The position numbers and the translations under genes are program-made. The notes beneath the pieces were generated by a model that had not been told where the DNA came from, searched no databases, and was given only the letters and a program-made list of their open reading frames with translations. Below are positions 9,277 to 16,959 of a stretch of 64,000 nt of DNA, in pieces. The first letter of the stretch is position 1, and each line of letters begins with the position of its first letter. This DNA comes from an uncultured Verrucomicrobiota bacterium (GTDB lineage: Bacteria; Verrucomicrobiota; Verrucomicrobiia; Limisphaerales; SXQI01), in NCBI GenBank assembly GCA_964566945.1, contig CAZMKE010000005.1:265343-329342 (forward strand). The letters run 5' to 3'.

Positions 9277-11571
9277 CTATTCCTGGGGATATAACAGGAT
9301 GCGATCGTGCACCAAAACCACCAGATCGTTCTTCCCATCCCCGGTCAGGTCGCCGATCAACGCTTCGCGCGGTTCCGGCAGTTCATTCCGGCGATTCCGA
9401 AAGGTGCGCTCCTCGAAAACCTGCCAGCGAGTGGCGGGAACCAAGCGGTGCGGCTGTTCGAACGTCACGAGATCGAGGTAACTCTTCCCGGTTTCCAGAA
9501 AGACCAGATCCTTACGGCCGTCCCCATTGAGATCGCCGGAGACCACATCGTGCAGGAACCCGTCCTTGATCGGCGTTTCGTATCCGTCCAGTTCCGTGAG
9601 TTCCCAAACGTCGCCGCGCAGTTGCAGCCAGCCGATGGCATTCACTCCCATGAGCGAGACCGCTCCCGGCTCCGCTGCGCCGTTCATGATGGGCCGGATC
9701 GTTTGAAAGTCGAGAAACGGCAGGCTGATGCTGCGCGTGATTTGCCAGACACCGCTTTCATTCCGTTCCGAAAGCGAGAGCGATTTGCGTTCTGCGTCCA
9801 GCAGGAAAATGGCTGGGATATCTTTGCCTTGCTGCTTCAGACAATCGGCGGCCGCGATGCGTGAGTTGCTTCCGGCGGCGTTGATCTGCTCCTTCACATC
9901 GAAGTTCCACTGCCCCCCTTCCGAGGCTTTGAGCACCACCGCCCGGAGAAAATTCCGCTGGGGCAGCAGCAGTTCATCTTTGCCGTCGCCATCCACATCC
10001 GCCACGCTGACCCAAGGCTGGTCCGTGTTGCCGCCCGGGGGGGCAACATCCACTTCCTTAAAATCCCCATCACGCACCTGGAGGAAAACCTTGATCTTCT
10101 CGTAGGGAATCAGCGCGATCAGGTCCGGCAAGCCGTCCTGGTCGACATCATGGATCAGCAAAGAGGTGGGGTTGGCCTTGAAGCCTTCGCTCAATTTCTG
10201 GCGGAACGGTTCGCCCTTGGCCGGGCGAATCTGCAGCTCTCTCTTTCCATCCAGATCGACAATCGAGGCCAGCACATTTTGGTCGCCGAACTTGATCTTG
10301 CCGGCGGCGATCACCAACGGACGGCCATCCATAGGGATCAGCTTCGGGAAGCCGAGGCGCCCTTTCTCATCAAGGCTGGTCACTCCCACCTGGCGCTCAT
10401 CATTACTCAGGGCAAAGATCTCCATTTTCCCGTCGCCATCCCAATCCGTCGCCACCAGGTCGGTGATCCCCGTCAAGGTCGGGAAAGTTCGCGGCGCGTC
10501 GAAAGATCCATCCTCGGTCTGCAGGGAGAGCGCCAACTGGCCGCTGTCCGGCTCCGCGACCAGGAAATCGGAGCGTCCGTCCCCGTTCAGATCGGCCCAG
10601 ACCATGCCACGCCGGCTCCGCGAGCTCTTGGCCAGCGGCATGATCTGGAATTGCCCCTGCTTCCAGGCGCCGCTCAGGTCATCCGCGGGTTTCTGGCGGA
10701 AGGTTGAGATTTGCGCCCGGCCCGATTTCTGGGCAATCGTCACAATCTCCGTCCGATGATCCCCATCCAGATCGTCCGCCCAGTAGGAACGAATCGGCGG
10801 CAGAGTGAAATGCATTTCCGGCCCGAGCTTACCGGAGCTGTTTTGGAGGCGGAACCGAAACGGGTTCGGATTGTCCCAGTTCACCAGCAGCAGATCATCC
10901 CGGCCGTCCCCCTGAATATCGAGCACCTGAATCGATTTCACAGCTCCGACATACGGAATCTTTTCGGGTTCAGCCAGGGTGCCGTCACTCTTTTGGGCAA
11001 TGAAATAAATGAAAGACTCCGCCAGCAGCAGCAGGTCGGTCCGGCCGTCGCCGTTCAGGTCGCCGTTCACCAGGGCGTACGGATCGAGCGTGCCGTCTTC
11101 GATGGGGAAGCGCTTGAGCGCGCTCCATTTGTTCTCCCCCTCGTTATACTGCACGATCAGCTCGCGCGGTTCCCCGTAGTAGGCAATGTCCGGCCGACCG
11201 TCATGATTCAGGTCCGCCAGCACCAGGGACGAAATGCGCTTTTCCGAGGCGATCGATTGAATGCGGAACCGGGCGTCGGGCGGCAGATCGTTGATATCGC
11301 GGCGCTCCCGCTCTTTGAGCCGCGCGGGATCGTTCGTTTTGCCGGTTTGATTGTAGAGAATGGTGATCTTTGAGCGGGAATTGTTCACCACCAACAGGTC
11401 GTTCAGCCCGTCCCCATCGATATCCGCGCACTTCATCTGGCTGATCATGTTTTCGACCGGGAAGATTTCCGGGCCGGAAAAGCCGAAGCGGTTCGTCGCC
11501 TCATCCGCCAGGGCATGAAGGCTCAGCAGCAGGGAGAAAACGAAGTTCCGCGCGAGAAACCGGATAGACAT
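9277..11571 (-). CDS. FG-GAP/VCBS repeat (integrin-alpha-like beta-propeller) secreted protein
   Basis: Part of ORF 9277..11715. The internal ATG at 11571 gives the signal peptide MSIRFLARNFVFSLLLSLHALADE. It has many repeats of the D-x-D/N-G-D-G-x-x-D-L type (DIDGDGLNDLLVV, DLNHDGRPDI, DLNGDGRTDLLLL, DIQGDGRDDLLLV, DLDGDHRTEIV, DLNGDGRSDFLV, DWDGDGKMEIF, DVDQDGLPDLI, DVDGDGKDELLL, DLNGDGRKDLVF, DLTGDGKNDLVV). Confidence 0.85.
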   Translation of the reverse strand: MSIRFLARNFVFSLLLSLHALADEATNRFGFSGPEIFPVENMISQMKCADIDGDGLNDLLVVNNSRSKITILYNQTGKTNDPARLKERERRDINDLPPDARFRIQSIASEKRISSLVLADLNHDGRPDIAYYGEPRELIVQYNEGENKWSALKRFPIEDGTLDPYALVNGDLNGDGRTDLLLLAESFIYFIAQKSDGTLAEPEKIPYVGAVKSIQVLDIQGDGRDDLLLVNWDNPNPFRFRLQNSSGKLGPEMHFTLPPIRSYWADDLDGDHRTEIVTIAQKSGRAQISTFRQKPADDLSGAWKQGQFQIMPLAKSSRSRRGMVWADLNGDGRSDFLVAEPDSGQLALSLQTEDGSFDAPRTFPTLTGITDLVATDWDGDGKMEIFALSNDERQVGVTSLDEKGRLGFPKLIPMDGRPLVIAAGKIKFGDQNVLASIVDLDGKRELQIRPAKGEPFRQKLSEGFKANPTSLLIHDVDQDGLPDLIALIPYEKIKVFLQVRDGDFKEVDVAPPGGNTDQPWVSVADVDGDGKDELLLPQRNFLRAVVLKASEGGQWNFDVKEQINAAGSNSRIAAADCLKQQGKDIPAIFLLDAERKSLSLSERNESGVWQITRSISLPFLDFQTIRPIMNGAAEPGAVSLMGVNAIGWLQLRGDVWELTELDGYETPIKDGFLHDVVSGDLNGDGRKDLVFLETGKSYLDLVTFEQPHRLVPATRWQVFEERTFRNRRNELPEPREALIGDLTGDGKNDLVVLVHDRILLYPQE

Positions 11572-11847
11572 CAAAGTCAAACATGCCAATGCGCGCCGGG
11601 ATTTCAATCCCTTTGCGGCACCGGGGTTTTTCCCGCGGGGAAGCGCGGGAGGACGCCGGGAGGAAGGCGGAGGGGGATTTCTCACGCAGAGAGCGCGGAG
11701 TCCGCAGAGGTGCAAGGAAGAAAAGAAAAGCGGCGGAGTTCCGTCCGCCTGCCCCGCCGTTGGCCTCCAGATGCGCCCAATCGAAATAAAGTCTATTCTT
11801 TATTACGGTGGTCGCGTTCTGCTTCTCAGAAAGCAAGGGGCTGGAGC

Positions 11848-12078
11848 GCGGTTCGGAAAATCAGGGTTCGGCAGAGCCTCACCCTCCCAAGGGTGGCAAG
11901 CCGTGCGGCGGTTCGCTGTTTCCCGCAGCGCCCCGGGGCTACGTTCGCATCATCCCTCCGGGACTTCAGTTGGCGCTGGCGCGCGGTTTGGCGGAGCGAA
12001 CTGCGAGGGAGGTCCCGGCGATTTGGAAGATTAGGAATGGACGACATGTCCGGCCGCTTGTTGACGCGCGCGGCCCTG
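11848..12078. repeat. interspersed repeat, copy A (short S element 11848..11896 + long L element about 11908..12078)
   Basis: S_A is GCGCGGTTCGGAAAATCAGGGTTCGGCAGAGCCTCACCCTCCCAAGGGTGG. L_A contains GGCTACGTTCGCATCATCCCTCCGGGA...GGCGATTTGGAAGATTAGGAATGGACGACATGTCCGGCCGCTTGTTGACGCGCGCGG. Both recur in the same orientation at 14108..14402. Confidence 0.65.
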
Positions 12079-12381
12079 TGCGCGCTTGGGCCCGTAACCG
12101 CGGTACACCCACGCGGGCGCAACGAAAGTATTCGTTTCAGCCCGCATCGAGTAACCGTCCGTTTGCTGCGGAACGGCCCGACTGAACGGCGGGCGCCCGG
12201 CATAAAATGCGCACCCCGCCAGTTTCCACCGACGCACGTTGATCGGCCGATTGGCACCGAGGCCTGCCGCAAGCGGTTCATTGGCGGCGAGTTGCAGCTG
12301 CTGGACCGACACGAGGGTGCATCGGTCCTGCTTTGGCTTAACAATTGCTCGCGATGAAGGGAATTAGATCAACCGAACGAA

Positions 12382-13371
12382 ATGAGCAACCGGTCCAGTA
12401 TGAAACCTTCGGAGTGGCTCGCATTAGGGATAGCGATTGTCCTCCTTGGCACGAGTTGCCAGCACCGTTCTGAACGAACGGAGACGAACTCTCTCCGGGC
12501 GCGGCTTTACGCCTCGTCCGAACCAATGATCGATGGCCAAAGGCGAGGAAAAACCCACGAAAGGGGGGCAGCGGATGGTTTGCTCCAGATGACGGCAGAA
12601 GCAATGCGCTTCGCAGACCAAATAAAGGCTGCGGATAGAACCGGGTTCGCGACCCAAGCTTATCTGACGGGGGTAGAAGCGATCCTTTATAATTTGTCGC
12701 AAGCACACACGCCGGGTTTCAAGCGGTGCATCCCGCGATCGACAGCGCTTTTCTACCCGCTTCCAGAAGCGCAAATGGAGGATCTCGTGACTCCCGTAGC
12801 CGAGCCTGCGCTCAGCATCCGTGAAAGATCGGCTCTGCCGGTGCGGGTGCGCGATTTCGCACAGGGGGAACTCGTGCAAACCGGTGAAGCGCTTGATCTG
12901 GCGATTGACGGACAAGGATTTTTTGAAGTGGTACTCTTCGACGGCCGGCGTGCTTACACGCGCTGCGGCTCGATGAAATGTGATCGTTTCCGAACGTTGG
13001 TCATGCAGCAAAACCTTCCTTACACGGGAGGATTCCAGCCGATACCGCTCGAAGCGACCTCAATCGCGGTTGCCCCCGACGGGAACTTCCGGTGCGATGG
13101 CCCGAGTTCGCGCACTTCATTCCGGATTCAGCTTGTTCGTTTCGAACATCCCGAGAGCTTACGAGCGATCGGGGCGAATCTATTCGTGGAGAGCTCCGAG
13201 TCAGGGACGGCTGAGATTTCGATTCCGGGTGAGAATGGCTGCGGGGAACTGCGCCAGGGATTTATCGAAGCCTCGAACGTCCGTCCGGAAGAAGAGCTGA
13301 TGGAACTGGTCGAACTGCAGAAGATCAGCCTCAGCCGGGTCCGGAAAGGCAGCCAAGCGGCGAGGCTTTGA
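12382..13371 (+). CDS. flagellar basal-body rod protein FlgG/FlgF-like, with in-frame N-terminal lipoprotein signal; orphan
   Basis: 329 aa. The N-terminus is MSNRSSMKPSEWLALGIAIVLLGTSC (hydrophobic core plus lipobox-compatible G-T-S-C). Rod signatures appear in the canonical order: AILYNLSQAHTPGFKR; DFAQGELVQTGEALDLAIDGQGFFEVVLFDGRRAYTRCGSMKCD; IQLVRFEHPESLRAIGANLFVESSESG...IPGENGCGELRQGFIEASNV. An alternative internal start at ATG 12604 (MRFADQIK...) would give a canonical-length rod protein without a signal. Confidence 0.7.
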   Translation: MSNRSSMKPSEWLALGIAIVLLGTSCQHRSERTETNSLRARLYASSEPMIDGQRRGKTHERGAADGLLQMTAEAMRFADQIKAADRTGFATQAYLTGVEAILYNLSQAHTPGFKRCIPRSTALFYPLPEAQMEDLVTPVAEPALSIRERSALPVRVRDFAQGELVQTGEALDLAIDGQGFFEVVLFDGRRAYTRCGSMKCDRFRTLVMQQNLPYTGGFQPIPLEATSIAVAPDGNFRCDGPSSRTSFRIQLVRFEHPESLRAIGANLFVESSESGTAEISIPGENGCGELRQGFIEASNVRPEEELMELVELQKISLSRVRKGSQAARL

Positions 13372-13635
13372 GGGTGGTGTAAAAGCGCTTCCCAGTAGAC
13401 GCCCCTTAGCAGAATAGTTGGGGCCGCTTACCCCGGGAAGCCAGCTGTTTCCGGCGGCGACGAACAACAGAAGAGACCTATCGATTGTTCTTCGTGGATC
13501 GAGGTCGCGATAGGACCAATACGGACGAGTGCCATCGATTTGGCGAGGGTGTCCCGGGCTTCGTGTTTTTTAGGCAGCGTGGCCCTCCCACTCCGCCCTT
13601 GCTCTGGTACGGCGGGACAGGCAGCGTGAGGTGTC

Positions 13636-14028
13636 ATGCGAATTGCATTCCTCTTCTTCGTCGTGGCGGGAATTGGGTGCTTCACCCCTGCTGAAAGGTT
13701 GCCAGGGAACATCGAAATTGAGAATGCGCTGGAGAAACGGATCACCGATGACCAAGCGCGAGCAGTTGTGCTTGGTCCATACGACGAGGAGATCGAGCGC
13801 ATCCGAAAGACAGACCAAATGGGCGCCGGATCTCTGCAGGCTTTTTCACGGGCTCGTGAGGAAAGCGCATCCAGATTGGCAGAGTTTCTGTCATTACGCC
13901 GTCCCGAGGACGCCTTATGGACATATCGCACGTTTGCGACAGCGGACCTCCGCGGCGGCACGAGTGGCCTAGCATTGATTCGCCGAGGCCGGACAGCCGC
14001 ACATATGCCGCTCTTTAAATATGCTTGA
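13636..14028 (+). CDS. small hypothetical lipoprotein
   Basis: 130 aa with a signal peptide plus lipobox (MRIAFLFFVVAGIGCFTP). It lies on the same strand as, and 264 nt downstream of, the FlgG-like gene. I recognised no family. Confidence 0.45.
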   Translation: MRIAFLFFVVAGIGCFTPAERLPGNIEIENALEKRITDDQARAVVLGPYDEEIERIRKTDQMGAGSLQAFSRAREESASRLAEFLSLRRPEDALWTYRTFATADLRGGTSGLALIRRGRTAAHMPLFKYA

Positions 14029-14107
14029 GAGCACACTGCATAGCACGACGCTGGATGCAGAATAACAGCCAGGGTGTATCGGCTAGCGCTCCCAAAGCCG
14101 CCTCAAG

Positions 14108-14402
14108 GCGCTTCGTTGTTTCCAGGGGATAACCCGGACTACGTCCGCATCACCCCTCCGGGATTTCGGTTTGGGCGGGACGGGCCGCGGAGGGCGGTCC
14201 GGCGACTTGGAAGATTAGGAATGGGCGAAATGTCCGGCCCCTTGGTGACGCGCGCTCTGTTAGCGTCTGGCGGTTTTGTGGATTTGTTCGGGTCTGGGCG
14301 GGCACTAGGGATCGGTTGCGCCCCAGGACGAATGGAAGCAATTGTCTGGAGGGCGGTTCAGAAAAATCAGGGTTCGGCAGAACCTCACCCTCCCAGGGGT
14401 GG
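14108..14402. repeat. interspersed repeat, copy B (L element about 14108..14258, S element 14352..14402)
   Basis: L_B contains GGACTACGTCCGCATCACCCCTCCGGGA...GGCGACTTGGAAGATTAGGAATGGGCGAAATGTCCGGCCCCTTGGTGACGCGCGC. S_B is GGCGGTTCAGAAAAATCAGGGTTCGGCAGAACCTCACCCTCCCAGGGGTGG. It has the same orientation as copy A, but the S/L order is swapped. Confidence 0.65.
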
Positions 14403-14448
14403 GGAAAAGCTCGGGCGGAGCCTCGCTCCACCGAACGCTGGGCCGATC

Positions 14449-15342
14449 TTAAGACATGGAGCGGGTGTTTTCCTGCTCAAACGCTTCGCGGACTTCCGCC
14501 TCGAAAGCCCAAAGTTCTTTTGGGGATTCGAGGCTGAACAGGCGCAGGACGGGCCGCGGCAGTTCGCTCACGTAAGGAGGGGCCTGGGAGGCGGTCCCAG
14601 CTCGATGAGCGAGAAGGTTGGCGGCATAGACGATCCCAACGATCATGGCGCAGTTTTTGGGAGCGCGCAGCGGGTCGTGGTGGAACGCGACGCATTGGAC
14701 GATGTTCTCTGGAAAATTCCAGCTTTTGAGCAGCTTGCCGCCGACGGTGGCGTGATGGGTGCGGAATTCGGCTTCTTCACAGCGAAACAGCGGCTCTTTG
14801 CGGGCGCGCGCATGGGCCAGCAAGGCGACATACCGGTCACCGATGAGCTGGTAAAAGACGAGTTTGCCCAGGTCGTGGAGGAGTCCGGCGGTGAACGCCA
14901 CTTCGGCATCCTCGCCAAAGCGGCGCGAGAGGATTTGCGCCGCCAGGGCGGTGCGGAGGGCATGCTCCCACAAATCCATGCTGGCCGCACCCGGCTGGGT
15001 AGCCTGGGCGAAGACGGGGGACGCCACAACTTCCAGCACCACCTGGTAAAGCTGGCGGAGGCCCAGGCGGAGCACGGCCGCCAGGAGGTTATCCATCGGC
15101 ACCACGCCGGCATAGGCGGCGCTATTCGCGACCCGCAGGACATCCGCGGTCAGCCCGGCGTCAAGCCGAATGAGATCGGCCAGGGACTCGCCGTCCGCCT
15201 CGGGATCATCGAGAAGCTGGAGCAAGCGGGGTATGATGTCGAAGGCTGGCGGCAGGTAAAGAATGGCCGAGGCCAGGTTTGGATTCCCCCCCAAACCCAG
15301 TTGCGCCGCGGATATCCCCGCGGGTTTCTCTTCGTTCTCCAT
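14449..15342 (-). CDS. HDOD domain signalling protein
   Basis: Part of ORF 14449..15561. The in-frame ATG at 15342 (MENEEKPAG...) lies 2 nt after the DUF1501 stop (15345-15347). HDOD pattern: PRLLQLLDDPEADGESLADLIRLDAGLTADVLRVANSAAYAG...LGLRQLYQVVL...AGLLHDLGKLVF...EAEFRTHHATVGGKLLKSWNFPENIVQCVAFHHDP. Confidence 0.85.
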   Translation of the reverse strand: MENEEKPAGISAAQLGLGGNPNLASAILYLPPAFDIIPRLLQLLDDPEADGESLADLIRLDAGLTADVLRVANSAAYAGVVPMDNLLAAVLRLGLRQLYQVVLEVVASPVFAQATQPGAASMDLWEHALRTALAAQILSRRFGEDAEVAFTAGLLHDLGKLVFYQLIGDRYVALLAHARARKEPLFRCEEAEFRTHHATVGGKLLKSWNFPENIVQCVAFHHDPLRAPKNCAMIVGIVYAANLLAHRAGTASQAPPYVSELPRPVLRLFSLESPKELWAFEAEVREAFEQENTRSMS

Positions 15343-15344
15343 GT

Positions 15345-16784
15345 TCAAGCCAACAGATCCGACACAACCCGGCCGCTCACATTGGTGAGCCGGGCATCGA
15401 GCCCCTGAAATTTCACAGACAACCGGGTATGCTCGATCCCGAGAAGGCGGAGCATGGTGGCATGCAGATCGTGCACGTCGATCGGATTCTCCACGGCGGA
15501 ATAGCCCAGCTCGTCGGTAGCTCCATAAACTCCCGGCTTGATCCCGCCGCCGGCCAGCCAAATGGTAAAGCCGGCGTTGTGGTGGTCCCGGCCATCCCCG
15601 CCCTGGCTCATCGGCGTGCGGCCGAACTCACCCGCCCACACGACCAGAGTATCGTCAAACATCCCGCGCTGCTTCAGGTCGGTGAGGAGAGCCATGCAGG
15701 CGCGATCGATCTCTTCCGCCTTGAGCCGAATGCCTTCCTTCACGCCGCCATGGTGATCCCAATCCTTGTGGTAAAGCTGGATGAACCGCACGCCCCGCTC
15801 GGCGAGCCGCCGGGCCAGGAGGCAGTTCGAGGCAAAAGACCCGTCCCCGGGCTTGCAGCCGTAAAGATCTAGCGTGCTCTGGGGCTCGCTCTTGATATTC
15901 ATGAGCTCGGGAACGCTGGCCTGCATCTTGAAGGCCATCTCGTATTGCGCGATGCGGGTGGCGATCTCCGGATCATCCACAATCGAATCATAGCGCCTGT
16001 TCAGGGCGTTGATCGTCTGGACGATTTCCCCCTGCTGTTCGCGGCTCACGCCGGGCGGGTTGCCCAAGTAAAGGACCGGATCCCCCTTGCCCCGAAGGTG
16101 CACGCCCTGAAAACGGCTGGGCAAAAGGCCCGAGGCCCACTGCCGCGCGGCAATCGGCTGGTTTTGACCTCCGCGCCCCAGAGAGGTGAGAACCACGAAG
16201 CCGGGCAGTTCCTCGGCCTCACTCCCCAAGCCGTAGACCACCCACGAACCCATGCTTGGCCGGCCGGCAATCTGCGCCCCGGTATTCATGAACATGTGCG
16301 CCGGATCGTGATTGATGGCTTCGGTGGTCATCGACCGCACGAGGCAGATGTCATCAATCACCGAGCCGATCTGGGGAAACAACTCGCAAATCTCCGTGCC
16401 GTTCCGGCCAAATTTCTTAAACCCGTGCTGCGGCCCAAAGCAAACCAGCTTCGCGCCCTGCAGCTGGGCGATCTGCTTGCCCCGGGTCATCGATTCCGGC
16501 ATCGGCTGGCCGTGCATTTCGGCGAGCTTGGGCTTGGGATCGAAAGTCTCGAGATGCGAAGGGCCGCCAGCCATGGTCAGCCAGATCACCCGTTTGGCCT
16601 TCGGGGGAAAATGGAAAGGATTGACCACGCCGGTCCATTTGTCGCTCTTCCGAGCCTCGGCGGCAGCCAGAAGAAGCGGGCTGAGCAGGGACGCGAGAGC
16701 AACTTTGCCCACGCCATGAGCCGAACGGCCGAGAAATACGCGGCGGGTCTGCTGCTGGGCTAAAAACTGAGTGAAATCTTTCAT
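15345..16784 (-). CDS. DUF1501 domain protein (Tat signal)
   Basis: Part of ORF 15345..16820. The likely start is ATG 16784 (MKDFTQFLAQQQTRRVFLGRSAHGVG...). Motifs: RVIWLTMAGGPSHLETFDPKP, RSMTTEAINHDPA, WDHHGG, LVVWAGEFGRTP, GRDHHNAGFTIWLAGGG. Confidence 0.9.
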   Translation of the reverse strand: MKDFTQFLAQQQTRRVFLGRSAHGVGKVALASLLSPLLLAAAEARKSDKWTGVVNPFHFPPKAKRVIWLTMAGGPSHLETFDPKPKLAEMHGQPMPESMTRGKQIAQLQGAKLVCFGPQHGFKKFGRNGTEICELFPQIGSVIDDICLVRSMTTEAINHDPAHMFMNTGAQIAGRPSMGSWVVYGLGSEAEELPGFVVLTSLGRGGQNQPIAARQWASGLLPSRFQGVHLRGKGDPVLYLGNPPGVSREQQGEIVQTINALNRRYDSIVDDPEIATRIAQYEMAFKMQASVPELMNIKSEPQSTLDLYGCKPGDGSFASNCLLARRLAERGVRFIQLYHKDWDHHGGVKEGIRLKAEEIDRACMALLTDLKQRGMFDDTLVVWAGEFGRTPMSQGGDGRDHHNAGFTIWLAGGGIKPGVYGATDELGYSAVENPIDVHDLHATMLRLLGIEHTRLSVKFQGLDARLTNVSGRVVSDLLA

Positions 16785-16797
16785 GGGGTTAGGGGAA

Positions 16798-16956
16798 AAT
16801 GACCAAAGACCAAATGCCAAATACCAAGGAAAAGGGGAATGACCAAATACCCAACGCCAAATGCCAAGGGGCGGGTCGGGATTCAGGGCCGAACAAGCCG
16901 AGTCGGGTTGGTCCTTTGGGGCTTAATTGGTTTTTGGCATTTGGCATTTGGTCATT
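16798..16956. repeat. three copies of a roughly 30-nt CCAAATGCCAAA-type element (two direct, one inverted) filling the PSD1-DUF1501 intercistronic spacer
   Basis: U1 at 16798-16829 is AATGACCAAAGACCAAATGCCAAATACCAAGG. U2 at 16838-16869 is AATGACCAAATACCCAACGCCAAATGCCAAGG (28 of 32 identical to U1). U3 at 16927-16956 is TTGGTTTTTGGCATTTGGCATTTGGTCATT. Its reverse complement, AATGACCAAATGCCAAATGCCAAAAACCAA, matches U1 at 27 of 30 positions. Confidence 0.7.
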
Positions 16957-16959
16957 TCG

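Noticed and set aside
11515-12357. 280-aa ORF, with 14074..15408 (444 aa), running through the long intergenic regions
   Set aside because: They traverse the S/L repeat modules or lie antisense to the HDOD gene. Their translations are Arg/Gly/Pro-rich, and the similar peptides they encode are explained by the nucleotide repeats.
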